A DNA stretch of 64,000 bases, from NCBI GenBank assembly GCA_977016875.1, contig CDRNST010000036.1, forward strand, positions 2,480,001 to 2,544,000, given 5' to 3'. This document shows positions 50,850-63,418 of the stretch, piece after piece; the stretch's first letter is position 1, and each line of letters opens with the position of its first letter. This stretch comes from Pavona decussata (Eukaryota). The position numbers and the translations under genes are program-made. A model generated the notes under the pieces. That model made no database searches and had not been told where the DNA came from. It saw only the letters and a program-made list of their open reading frames with translations.

Positions 50850-51028
50850 CTCTCTCCTCCGCAGAGGCTTCTTAGAAAGCCTGGGGGAAAGGGAAATTAA
50901 ACGAGTAGAGCCTGGGGGAGAGAAATCGTCCCCCTCGCGCCCCCGACTTTTTATTTCCCCCGTTTTTCTTCCTTTTCCCTCCTTTTTTCTACGTTTCTCC
51001 ACTGATGGAGCCTCTGCGGAGGAGAGAG
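50850..51028. mobile_element. Small MITE with perfect 9-bp TSD
   Basis: TTCCAATTT|CTCTCTCCTCCGCAGAGGCT ... AGCCTCTGCGGAGGAGAGAG|TTCCAATTT. Confidence 0.9.
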
Positions 51029-51499
51029 TTCCAATTTGGTTTCAAACAGTGCGTTGATGGTAAACAGCTGACTGAAGGGCTGACAGAGTTTGAAGGTGCC
51101 ATCCACGTACCAATTTTTTGCTTGGACAAGCTGCTGGAGTTGCTGATTGGTTGTGAACACCAAGTGGCGCTTGCTACGGCCGCAAATGTCGGCCTTAAGG
51201 AACCCGGTGGGGATGTTTTCTTCCGAGATCTCGAAGAGCAGAACAGAAGGTGGATCGGAGACAGTGGACTCGAAGTTAACAGGAGTACTTTCAGCAAGAG
51301 GGATCGGCTCAGCGAAGTCACATGTTGAACAGCGCCAGTCAATTGAAGTATCGTTTTTTGCTGCATCGCGCCGCCGGTAATGAGACTGGCATCCTCCGGT
51401 GCCACACTTGCGGTGTTTCCAACGGAGACAACCATCACACCGGAGACCTTGTTGACGGGCTCTGACTGGCTGTTTGCAAGAAATACACTTGGTCGACAT
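50951..51499 (-). pseudogene. PHD finger fused to a truncated MULE transposase domain
   Basis: CISC..CDGCLRWKHRKC..WRCSTC (C4HC3), then RHLVFTTNQQLQQLVQAKNWYVDGTFKLC.PFSQLFTINA (MULE first Asp). Confidence 0.85.
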
Positions 51500-52469
51500 A
51501 ACGGAATAACTCAGAATGAACGGATTGACGATTGCGATTTGATTTTGACTTGTTGTGGTTGCTGATTAAGCTGATATGAATAACCCCCAATAAAGTGCCC
51601 TTTTTATACGCTTCCCTAGGATCAAAATTTTCATTTCGTATAAAACACGCAATTGGATTGTTATTATTATTATTATAAATCGTTTAACTGGATTGAAATC
51701 CACCAATCACAGTGCACAAACCCGACCCCATTCAGCGAAGCTTTGTTGTTTTCTTAGAGGTTCGCAGCAGTGATTGATGGCTGAGTGAAAAGCGTAAAGG
51801 TTGGTTGAATCTTGAACTTCAGAGTCTGCATGTTATTGAAAGACGCAGTAACTCGATCGTAGTTAGTCTATTATGGCCCGATGAGTTGTAAGTAATTAAG
51901 ATTATTTGGGGAGTATATTTGGGTAATAGTAAATTAAATATACACAGGTAAGTGGGTCATGATTGCTATTCGGTCATATTTGCGATGAAATCAAAACAGA
52001 TACTCTCACTCGTCGTTCTGATCGATAATGTAAACAGTACTCAGAATTTTCACTCAAATAACACTCCTGGAGCAACAACCTAGACTCGATCTATCATGTA
52101 AACAGTTCATCGCCTTGATCGATCGTACGAGCAGTATTTGGTCATACTCTATCGTAATCTGATCGTTTATGTGAGCAACTGAACTTACACTCGAATGTGG
52201 TTTAGTGTTAGATTTATTAAGTGCATCGTTGGTGGCGAGGTAATTTGGTGGTGGCGAGTTGGTTGGTGGGGAGACTCCCTGGTGGCGAGGTAACCGTAAT
52301 TTCTTTTGAGTTATGACCTTCTGGTATGGGATATTGTGCTTGGTATTCGCGTAATTTAATATGTAGGTTCTGGGGTTTGGGTGGGGATTCAACTGGACTT
52401 GAATTTGATCACCTTTTTGTTGGGAGCTTGCTACAAAACAAAACAAAAAACTGAAATTTTACTCCATGT

Positions 52470-52692
52470 TTAAAACTGACTCTCACAAGCTGATTTCTTG
52501 AACACGATAAACAATTGCTCTCACAAGAAAACGATAATTAAATTTCGTCACGGAAATCATCAATAATGGATTAAAAATTGGCAGCCACAATAACCCAAAC
52601 CCCAGAAAATCTCGGAATTTGCCTTTTCTGACACTTAAATGAAGTTGAACATGAATTGCATTTTATACTCCATTGTCACCTTTATGATAATT
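52470..52692 (+). mobile_element. LINE ORF2 C-terminal fragment
   Basis: KFRHGNH...LNEVEHELHFILHCHLYDNL matches the non-LTR C-terminal CCHC-like motif. Confidence 0.55.
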
Positions 52693-52892
52693 TACCTCTC
52701 GGCAATATCAATCAATGAAAATCAATAATCGATGAAAATCAATATAATCAATGATAATCAATAATAATCAATTGATTGGTATTGGAAATCACTAGAAATC
52801 CAAGCCCAAAAGTTGAGTGAGTTTCGATTTTCATTGATTATGATCGATTTGCATTGATTAGTATTGATTATCATTGATTATTCAAATCTCGG
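52693..52892. repeat. Array of short inverted ATCAAT/ATTGAT repeats, a likely DNA-transposon subterminal region
   Basis: aatcaatg-type units followed by reversed cattgatt units; lies 3' of the P-like relic. Confidence 0.6.
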
Positions 52893-53229
52893 TTTCCTTT
52901 TCAATAAAATGCATCACATGAATTGACAAATCATTTTAATAAGTTTATTTGTTGAAATATATATCATAACTAAACGTATCCTTTAATTTTAGCATTCGTT
53001 TTATTGATAAAACAAGTGATGGTCTCAAAACAACATTTTATTCCCTTTTCCTATATTTTCTTCCTCAGTATTAAAAGATCCCAAATGCAACGGTCTAAGC
53101 ACTGGCGTCCGCCACTGTATCATTGTTGAAATCATCATAAAAAGAGAGAACGTTTTTCATGTCCATTTTACTGATTATTTTATGAAAAGCCCATCTCAAC
53201 ACACAGATTTTGCATTTCTTTTACAGTGC

Positions 53230-54450
53230 TTTATATTACCAAATTCAGTACAAGTACAAGCCCCCTTAAGTTTGCTAATCTTTCCTCCTCTGGTTTTTCA
53301 AGTTTAGGGAGCATGTGCTTCAATTTGGATGGATAAATCAATTTTTCAGCGTCTGAACCATCTGCTGGATATTTTTCTAGCAACATTTTGGGATCACACC
53401 ATTCAAATTCATTCTGTTGGTGAAGTTTCCACATTGAACTGACCTCTGTGTGAGACCAACATCTACTGCAGATGGATTTCTTGCCCTGCTTCTGTGAGTT
53501 ATCTTTCTACTTGAACACAGGGTAGGATGACTTGAAGTTGGGACTCCAAATAATTTGGATGACTTGTCCGAGACGCAGTCCTTTTTCCTAAACCCAGAAT
53601 GATGCGAAGTCGTCCGTATCAAGGCCGTTCGATACAAACAATTGCCTTTGCCATATAATACACAATTACGAGGACTGCCTTAGTCGTCGTCATCATCATC
53701 ATCGTAGTTGTCTTCATCATCGTTGTTATCTCTGATAGTGGAGGATATTCCTGTAGCAGCCAGATCACTTAACATGTTATGGTGATTATTTTCCATCTGT
53801 TCGCTGACTGACTGGAGCAGGATCCCGTTATCAAGATCAAGCAATTCCTCAATATCTACGACCTTATTTTCATCTGGCATGAAATCTTTTGAATCAATCC
53901 ACGTTTCAACCGCTCTGTTCAAGTAAATTAGTTTGCCTCCTTCCTTTCTGACAACATTCCCTTGTTGAAGTTTGGGCAGCATTCCTAAGGATTCAATTGT
54001 TTTTAAGACTTGCTTGTCTGCCATTTTCATTCCCTCTAACATTTCATTGTCAGTATTGTTCCAATTAGAAGCAGTTGGTGAAAACTGCACACCAGTTTTG
54101 CAGGAGTTTGTCTTCAGTTCCCTTAATTTTCAATTCGACCAGAAAGTTCAATCATATCCAACATACGGAGATTTGATTTTCCTCTACAAAATCCCCGTAA
54201 TCCAGCAAATAGATCCTCGCATTCATTTGATCCAAACATCCACAGTTGGTACGGTTCATCAGTTGTTGCTGTGTTGCCTGGCTTATGGCTGGAAGCGAGG
54301 CTGTCGGTGACCTTGTTTTGATCCAAATCTCTTTACTTTTCTTTTGCAAATGCAGGCTAGTGATACAGTGAGGTCTGTATCAATACAAGGTCACCAGCAG
54401 CCCCGCTACCATTAAAAGGGCTGGTCACTGAGTAAGCAACTGTAAAATGG
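53230..54450 (-). pseudogene. P-element/THAP9-like transposase C-terminal relic
   Basis: PYQLWMFGSNECEDLFAGLRGF resembles the catalytic-Glu 'SQ..E.LF..LR' motif; acidic tract and Cys-rich tail follow. Confidence 0.5.
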
Positions 54451-56859
54451 CCTATTAGCATTTATCTGGCCTAAATGGGTCAGAAAAAATCAGATCAATG
54501 CCTGTCTACAACACTAGACAGTTTTATCGAAAACGTGGAAATTAAATGCTACAGAGAAAGCCAATGGTGGGAAGATGAATGCCATAATCTTCCCGCCATT
54601 TTTTTAACCACTTGTTATCACGTGACTAGACAACATGTAATTTCGTGACAACGTGGAGCTCACTTTGGTTTTGAACGGATTCAGTGAGATACAGTCGGAG
54701 GCTAAGTCTTTGCTATTCTTATTATTATTATTAAACTCAATCCGAGGTCAGGAACGATTTTCAATAAAAAAGGCTCACGATAAACGATTTAACCTAAAAC
54801 GCTAAACTTTCTGCTGAAAGCTTTGAATTTTTGACAGAAACAAAGTTTTTTCAAACAAGCCATTGAGAAAGCTAAATACTGACTGGAATCAAGTTTGTAT
54901 GTGTGGTAAGGTTAGGTGTGAACGCTCATACATCTAATTCCTGACAAAAAGGCTCTCTTCAGAGATACAACTGAAATGTATAAAAAGTCGAGCAGGCAAT
55001 ACTTGGTTTCCCACTGTTGTTGTTTCTAACAACGAACTTCGGGAAACATTTGAATGATAATTTCAAGTAGGATATATTAAGGAGACAATACTAATCTCAT
55101 GATTGAATTGTGTTTCTCATTGCAGTAAATTCTCCAGATCAGTGATATTTACACAAAGATTATAAATTTAAACTGAACTATGTTACAAAAATCGAATAGG
55201 CGCCCAAAAGGTGAGGCCTATCCCAATCGATATGAATTTGACAAAGTTTTTATTTGAGACGAAATTGACCAAGGCTTGGATATCTTCTGAAAACTCCGTT
55301 TAATTCTGCAAATAATACAAATCAGTAAGGTCATGCGGGCCGCCCGATTCACGGTGAAAATCCAAAAATAACAACACAAACCTACGGAAATCACAGCAAA
55401 TCACTAATAAACTTGACAACACTTCTTACCTAGTATCAAAAATTAGCGAACGATCCAAGGTGGACTGAAAAGGCGGAAGAAAAAGGGGCTTCCAAAAACA
55501 CGAGATGACTAACACAGGCGACGATCACAGAGATTGATTTTGTTATCGCGTTAGTAATCAAAATTCTAGGGTACGTCAAAGGTCCTCAAAGAGAAGGCTG
55601 CTGAGAGGAAAGTGGGTGTTGAGCGCGGGCCTCAACAATAATGTTGTAATTAAAAGATGTTCTCTTGCAAATATTTTTTCTTTCTTGTAATCTTTACAGT
55701 TTTCAAATGGCTTCAGTCACTATGTACATGTTCATGTTTCTATCAATGATCATAAATTTTCACAACTTCCACAAAATTGCAACATCTGCTTCACCTAGTT
55801 CAACTACAAATGTCCTAGAGCAACTTACTCACTATGTCGCTTAAACCCAATAAGTTATGTTTACACAAATTTTTCTTGAAATAATGTTATAACAAAGGAT
55901 GTACCCTCACAAATCTATTTTTTCTTTCTTGTTATCTTGACAGTTTTTAAATGGCTAATTCAATAACTATCATAAATGTTCAAAACTACTAAACATATTA
56001 CAACAACTACTTAAGTTACTACAAATATCCTGGAGAAACGGGGAAGATCACTAAAATAATTGTTAGATCATTTACTAATATTCAGTATAAAGTGAAGGAT
56101 AAAATCCTTGCTACCGCTGACAAAATTGTTACTAATTAACTGAGAACAACTGTTAAAAAGGTTTAATCGTTAAGCAAAACCTTGCTCTCTAACTTTCATT
56201 CAATGAATTCCTTATGGCGTTGATCAAAAAACTCTTATGTACTTCTGTTGATTTGGTTGTTGTTGTTGTTTTTTTTAAGTGGAATGCTAAATAACTTACA
56301 AGTTACCTTGCAGAAATGTAGCAATCATTCGTTATCCCTTGTTATGTCACATTTATTCCAGTTCTCTTATAATGTCCTTTGAGAACAGATCTAACAAGGA
56401 CAGTTTTTAGAAAAGTTTACTCCGCGATTTTTCAATCCACATTATCTTTCTCAGACTACGACGACCAACATTCGATTCCCAATCAAGCTGGGAGTCACAA
56501 CCACAGTTAAGATTAAAGGAATCCCATCAACTTTTAAGAATCTCGAGAATGCTAGCCTGAATATATGAAGTTTGTGGCTGTTATTAAATGGGAAAAAACC
56601 CTTAATATGGTCAAGATGACGTTACTCCTTTAATAATAACAAAAACGTCGTTTCACAAGGTATTTTAGTATCCAACTCTTTACTTCCTTGAAAGCAACAC
56701 AACCGTGTTTTGTGTTGTGCTAGGCTGAAAGGGCTAGGAAGACAAAATGCAGTCCATATGTGTAAGGGGTAGGTTGTTGTAAACAAAACCAAACTAATAA
56801 AATGGCAAAGGTAAAATATAGTTCTCGAATACGAGTGTTGAGTGCCATCATTTAGAAAC

Positions 56860-57530
56860 AAGTCCAGACGTTTAGGGCTTAGCCCTTCATCAGTGGAAAA
56901 GTCGAAGATTTACGTTAAAAAGCTAGCTTGTGCCATGAAGTCAGATTTAAAGTTGAAAGGTGCACGCGCGATGTGTGCGTGACGACCTAAAGATATCTGA
57001 AGTGAGAGTTCAGTCCGCGTGGCTAACTGGTGCCTAGTCTGAAAATAAGGCGCATTTCCTGATGCTTTCGTTGCTTGTTTCCGTCGCAGAGCATAATTCT
57101 ACAGACTTTTGCGTCTTGGATAGTGTGGCCATTTGTATTAAAATGCTCTGCGACGGGAAAACCCGGCAGGTTCTTCTCAATGCTGCGTAGATGTTCACCA
57201 AAGCGTTGATGTAAATAGCAGGGCAACTGCGGCAAGAGATGCCATACACTAAGCCGGTTTTTCGACAGTTGAAAGCTTTTTTGATGACAATCGAGCATTT
57301 GGGACCCTGCAGCGTGGTGTCAGGAGAAATATGGTCACAGGTGCGGCAGCGAGCGTGCGTGGATGGAGAAGTTCCCACATGAAGATTAGGTTGGCTGTTA
57401 GCGGTCGTATGCACTGAAATGTTGCGGATGTTAGGATCATAGCGATGGGCAACCAGCAGTGGCTGAGAAAATGTTTCACTAGTTTCAGGGTCGCTAGATA
57501 AAATGCTGAAATTGCGCAGCAGGATTTCGT
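56860..57530 (-). mobile_element. Penelope-like element 3' fragment (GIY-YIG)
   Basis: CRTCDHI..FNCRKTGLVYGISCRSCPAIYI/RFGEHLRSIEKNLPGFPVAEHFN..RKHQEMRLIFRLGTS*PRGLN. Confidence 0.9.
56867..56896 (-). ncRNA. Hammerhead-ribozyme core with mutated GAAA
   Basis: Minus strand CTGATGA-AGGGC-TAA-GCCC-TAAAC-GTC. Confidence 0.55.
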
Positions 57531-59417
57531 TTGATTCTAATAAAATGGCGTCCTACAACACAAAATTCGCAGGATACTCGGTACTTTTCTTGTGAATATT
57601 TTTTACAGTACTGGAGTTGGATAATAAAACACCATATTTAACAACTGAATTCTCAAATGGTCAGCAAGAAATGTAAATTTTAGTCGCAATGTTCCTTTAA
57701 CGGTTTGAAGCACAGATCACTTGAACGGCAGAAAAATAAAATGAAACTGAAAGCAAACAATAAGTAGATAATAAAAAAAAGGAATGTGTGAGTGATGTAA
57801 AGAAAAGAAAAAATACTATTAAACATAACAAAGTACAAAAGAATAAAAAGAAAACAACAGGTTAAAACGTAAAATAAAGTAAAAAAATTAATAGGTCACT
57901 TTGTAAAAGAGTGATGGCCTTTCTGTTCTGCCATGTTTGTTTATGATACCCCCCTCCCCCTACCTACCCCTAAAATAACCTCTTATCACTGGCGCAGCCA
58001 ATTGGGCTCCAGGTTATCACTCTTCGAAATGAGTGAACATTGTGGACAATGATATCGGATGAACAGACAGTGGCAGGAAAAAAAGTACTTTCAAGGTCAA
58101 AAAAGATAACAGAGAGGAAGAGAAAGGAAACGGCTTCTAAAAAAGCCAGGAAATCTCACTTAAAAAAAAGTCGCTAGAGCGAGAAGAAGAGAAAAAGAAA
58201 GAGAAAAGAACTTCCTGTTAAAAAAGCCCTTTAAGAGACAAAGCTAACCAGAAAAAGGACGACAGAGAGAAAGAGAGAGAAATGGCCAATAAGTTGAGGA
58301 GAGCTTCCGCAGAAATAAAGACAATGACCAGCTAGTCACTGTCTTCATGTTGTTTCATCTCCATCCTCAACTTGATTGAACATTTCTAAATAAAAGTTGC
58401 ATTGAGGGAAAGGAATGTGTTCCTGAGCAATTTTTTTAAGGTCACGGACCTTAGCAGAATTTGGTACCAGTGGGATATGGTACAACTGTTCTAAGGGAAC
58501 AGTTCGTGGCCTTTCCTTCAGGATCTTCACCTTTTTCCAAGGCTCCCCATCGGATAAAGTGCAGCGCGTCCAAACTTGGTCTTGATGATGCATTAAAGTT
58601 GACTTGCCGGTGACTGGGTTCACTTCCTCGCCCCAACCAAAGTTAAGCAAGTAGACGTCACGAAAACAAGACCCATGAGAAGAAAAAGACCGATTAGTGT
58701 AACGTCCAGAAATGAAATCCTTATAATTCAAAAAGTTCTCCTGTTGCATAGCAACAGCCTCGAGGGGGTTTCGGCGGTTGGCTTCTTTCACCACCGAAAA
58801 CCATTCACTCGGAACGTACACGGTGGCACTTGCCTTCCTCTTTTCGATTTGGGCGAAGTCCGTGTTGTTCGTGAGGAAGGTATGCCCCCTCTGGAGGAAC
58901 TTGATTAAGGATATTGTAGACCCCGCTACGATGAAGTGCGTTGTACAAGCCAACGATAGTGAGGTTTTTGTTTTGGCCACCGCAACCATCAGAATATGAA
59001 ACCAAAGACCTAGCACCCGTGAGGTAGGCCTCAGAGCAATGCTTCAGACAAGAGGTGGTGCAAATTCGGGGTAGGCAAGTTCTGCTGGAAGTCGAATGAT
59101 ATCATGTCAACAGCATTAAAAGACCTGTAGGCAGCTGAACCTAATGAACGAATAGTATTAGACCAGCTGGCAACAGCTGCCTTTTTGTCGCCCCGCATGG
59201 TCTGGTAGCCTTGTGCTGCCCTGTCCTTGTGATCCGCTAATTCCAGGTGAGCAACTGTGTCACTTGGATCAGACTTGATCTTGAGACTAAGCCTGTCACA
59301 AGTGGCACAGGTGTTCGTGCAGGGAAGACCGAACCCTAAATTGAATTCAGTGTTAAAGTGAATATGAAATGAAAAACAAGTTTGACTTATGCGTTTGTTT
59401 ATATCCTCATTAATCGA

Positions 59418-59479
<62 letters not shown>

Positions 59480-59489
59480 TAATAATAAT
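59418..59489. repeat. (AAT)n microsatellite
   Basis: About 24 AAT/GAT units. Confidence 0.95.
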
Positions 59490-59680
59490 AGCCATTTATT
59501 CACACATCCAAAATATATCTGGTTTTAAACTAACTAAAGCTCTTTTATACGGTATTTTGCTCGCCTTAAAGTTTGAAATTGGCTCTTCGAAGTGTCTCCA
59601 TCTTGCGCTCGGTCAATGCGATGAGATTTCACCCGATATGATGTAGCCAGTGGTTCAGAAAGCACGAAAGCACCAGTATT

Positions 59681-59940
59681 ATGGCGTAGAAGAAGGCAAA
59701 GAAAGGGGGAAAGAACTATTGCTCGGCCAGTGGCCCCGGTGGAATAAACTGCGATAACACGACAGGGACACTAAACATCATGATGCATTACTTTCCGTCA
59801 GACAAGAAGTTTCGTGCAAAGTGGACACGTTTTGTGCGCATTCATTGGAAAGATTTCATCCCGAAGAAGTCCTCATGTTTGTGTTCAGCTCATTTCGAGG
59901 AGAGCTGTTTTATAAACAGTGTAAAAAGGGAAGAAGATGA
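59681..59940 (+). pseudogene. THAP zinc-finger fragment
   Basis: NYCSASGPGGINCDN..MHYFPSDKKFRAKWTRFV..CLCSAHFEESCF (C2CH THAP). Confidence 0.85.
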
Positions 59941-62900
59941 AAATACCATTTATGGTTTGGAGGATTTGCGTGATAGTCACTGAACAAAGCCATGTGCTTA
60001 AATGTCGCATGTTTTGGATTTTGATCTAAAAGGTCATTTCTGGTTTTTTTTGTTCTATTTATTTGACCTCTTGTTGTTTCTGTTTAGCGACTGCCGTTCT
60101 TATGCCTTTTGTGGCAATTGGTTTAGGCTTCGTATGGCTCATTTCAGTGTGTCTTGCGACAGTATAGCCTCTCTTTTTTTATCTTAGTAAGGATAAGATT
60201 TGAACTGTGTAATACACATTATCTTGCAGCTTTTGTATTGCTGGGCCTGGTTATTTGCTCTTGTGGCAAACTGTTGTGTTACTTATCACGGTTATTTGTC
60301 TCTTGATCCTTTCTTTAGCATTGTAGCTTCTTTAAAAGCTGTACAATACGTTAATTTGAGGCCGGCTAATGGCTCCAGTGGCTAAATTTGCGGTGGATTG
60401 TGTAACAATGCATGACCATGTGCAATCCCCGATTAAAAATTAACCCAGGTTTTTCTCTCACCTTTTTTAAATGTATTTAGTAGCTAATTTTAAGATAATG
60501 GTAAAAAAAAATCGTAGTCAAAACTAAAGGATAAAATTTTTTTTTGAAGAATCTTCATCGATTAGTCATTAAACTTAAATCAAAGTTTTTTTTAACCCAG
60601 GATTAGCCTAACCGGGCTTTGAACAACTCATTTTATTTCAAAATTCTTTTATAGTTTGATAGGTCTCCGGAGACACCACTTTGGGCATTTTAAGTCTCTT
60701 TGAACAGCCAAAACACGGTTTTTTACCTCTTTAGCACTATTCTTTTTTGTGCGTTTCGGAATAAGGGTATAACCACCTACCAATTCATGAAAAAAAACAA
60801 TTTTAGTTCATATGCACTTTAAATATGTGACGATACCTGTGTTCCGTGACTACCGGCTTGATTTTTGGTGGTAAAGGAAACCTCCTCTCTTGTCTTGCCT
60901 TAATGATATCTTTCTCCCTTTGCACAACCTCAGGCTCTTTTGCCTCCAGGTATTGCTGATACATTCGTTGTATGCTCAGGCTGGGGTTAAGGAATCTTTT
61001 TAAGGGGGCATCCTCTCTGGAGTAGTGGGACGTCATTCTTGGATAGGACTTAATTGTAATTCTTTATCTAGAACAAAAAAGAACAAAACGGTCGTTAAAG
61101 TCATCAACTATATCAACACTTTTGTCCAGGTGGTGCGCCTTTTCCACCCTAAATTAGCAGTGGATTGTGTAACAATGCATGACCATGTGCAATCCCCGAT
61201 TAAAAATTAACCCAGGTTTTCCTCTCACCTTTTTAAATTGTATTTAGTAGCTAATTTTAAGATAATGGTAAAAAAAAATCGTAGTCAAAACTAAAGGATA
61301 AAATTTTTTTTTGAAGAATCTTCATCGATTAGTCATTAAACATAAATCAGAGTTTTTTTTTAACCCAGGGTTAGCCTAACCAGGCTTTGAACAACTCATT
61401 TTATTTCAAAATTCTTTTATAGTTTGATAGCCAGCTCTATAAGCTTTAAACTGGACGCGCTACATCGCTTGAACACAAGATACCTCTGAAGTTATATTGC
61501 AACCTTAAGATCTCCTGTCTTGAAATACGATATTTCCGTCTCAATTTAAGATGGTGTTGCAAAAGACGGAAAACGTACAGAAAATCTTGGTGTAAGACTT
61601 TAATTTTGACAGAGCATTGTAGTATATTGACTATATATAGGATCATGAGTTGAACTGGTGGTAATACTAACATCGACCCAAAACATTAACCCTGGCAAAA
61701 GTGTGGAGTAGCACGATTAAGTAGAAGCAGAAATTATCTTACCTGCTTGATGGTTTCTGGCTTTATTTTGTTTGGCCTGTTGTTGTGTTTCCCTTGCATT
61801 GTTGTCGGTGTTGGCGTTGTACGTACTCTCTGTAGGAGTTTCTCCCCAATTCCATGAATGGACATAAAGGCTGTTTTGCACACGTTGATTTGTCGGTTAG
61901 TTTCTGCAAATCAATCAATCAATCAAGCAAGCAATTCATAATTGGGAGAAAAAGCAAGCCACAAATAAAAAAAATGTTATAAGCAATAAAGGAACAATCT
62001 TAGAAAACGTTATGTAACGTTTAAAACCACGGTTCAATTAACCCTTTGATCTCATACTTCGGCTCTATGGCACCTATTTGAGATGCATGTGATGATAAGC
62101 AAAACAAAATGATGATGATTTCACTCCCATGGCGAAGAAGTATAGACACACTTTCTAATAGTCTAGTACCTGAACTCTGTCTTCTGCACCCTACATAGGG
62201 ACTGAGCCCGGGCACTAGAAGGAAGGATCAGGAATAACTTTCCAAAATTTGCCAAAATTCAGGGGAATGAATAATTGTTTGGTGAGAATGGGAACTACAG
62301 GGAGGTATCCGTTTTTAACAGTTATCCAACTCATACTTAAAATGTAAATTCTAACAAATTTTCCCTGAGTAATTTGGTACTTGTAGGTACTGTTCTTTTT
62401 TCTTCGGTTTGTAGCTGGGTTGTATCTTCTTTTCCCTGGGTGCCAACCCAGGTGGGGTCGCTGGCCAAAATTTGACCCCTTAGGTACTGGTCTTGTTGGA
62501 CCTTGTCTTTCATGTTGTTGTACTGGGTTATAATGTGGTACTGCAGCTCCAGTTCCACCAGTTGGAAACATTTGTTCCTGCAGTCACACGGATTTCCCGT
62601 GCTGCTAGCAGGAACGACTCTTCCCTGCTGGTCCCGTCGCTGCAGCCCACGTACTCCTGCGTCCTTTCGAACATTTCGTTTCCACCCAAAAGTATAAATA
62701 AATACGTCAATAGATCTATACAGAAATATGCGCATTTTTTTAGGTTCGTGTGTTGTAAAATCTGGGTTGCATTGTGAAACCCTTATTTGGCAAATCATCC
62801 GTTCGATGTGTCTTTCGGGTTCAGAAAGCAAACCACTCATTTGCCTCATTAGAATAAATTTTATCGCTTTCACACTGAAACTTTATTTGCATCAAAAGAG

Positions 62901-63418
62901 AAGTAGTATTTTAGGGGGTTTTGTTTGGGTTACTTTTGCACAGGAGGTACAATCTACACGGAACAGTCAACTTCAGTAACTGGAAATGGATACATGTTTC
63001 AGGAAAAAGACAAATTAACTGCTGTTTAAGTGTAACTACACTGATAGTCATAAAGACAAAGGATGGCAGTACAAACACTTCAAAAATAGAAACACATTCT
63101 TAGATTTTTCTACCTTTTTTCACTGTGTTTTACTATTCTTTTAGTTTTTGGTGCGCCTGCTGTTACTAGGCTTACTGAAAAGAAACAGACCAACCAGGTT
63201 TAGGGAGAGCGAAATTTTGTGCTCCAAAACTCTGTTTTCTGTCAGCCCATGATTGGTAAACACGACTTGAACTGGAATTTATTGTTTATGTTCTTCACTT
63301 GGAATTATCAATTTTGTATGAGCGACCCCGCTGAAAGTAGTTACAGGGTAACAGTCTTCCAAAGAATTATTTTAGGCTACTTTTCTTTGCACTGAAACAC
63401 AGGAAATTTTCTTCACAG

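Larger units (their letters stand above)
50338..52302 (-). mobile_element. Mutator (MULE) element, internally deleted
   Basis: TIRs built of TCGCCACCA repeats; flanking direct repeat CTTTTGAG at 50330-50337 and 52303-52310. Confidence 0.85.
59357..60818 (+). mobile_element. Kolobok-type element with THAP fragment and foreign internal DNA, inserted in a Sola1 exon
   Basis: TTAA|AGTGAATATGAA ... TTCATATGCACT|TTAA; removing it restores the Sola1 frame YRHIFNTEFNL. Confidence 0.85.
58345..62700 (-). pseudogene. Intron-containing Sola1-like DDE transposase, longest copy, disrupted
   Basis: CDCRNKCF..QDQYLRGQI..YKYQI; VCKTAFMSIHGI; SHYSREDAP..; [18 protein letters not shown]; [12 protein letters not shown]; [11 protein letters not shown]; [20 protein letters not shown]. 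Confidence 0.8.

Noticed and set aside
52693-52892. CRISPR-like array
   Set aside because: Short irregular inverted units without unique spacers or cas genes, in eukaryotic DNA.
59031-59646. Poly-Ile ORFs
   Set aside because: Artefacts of the (AAT)n microsatellite.
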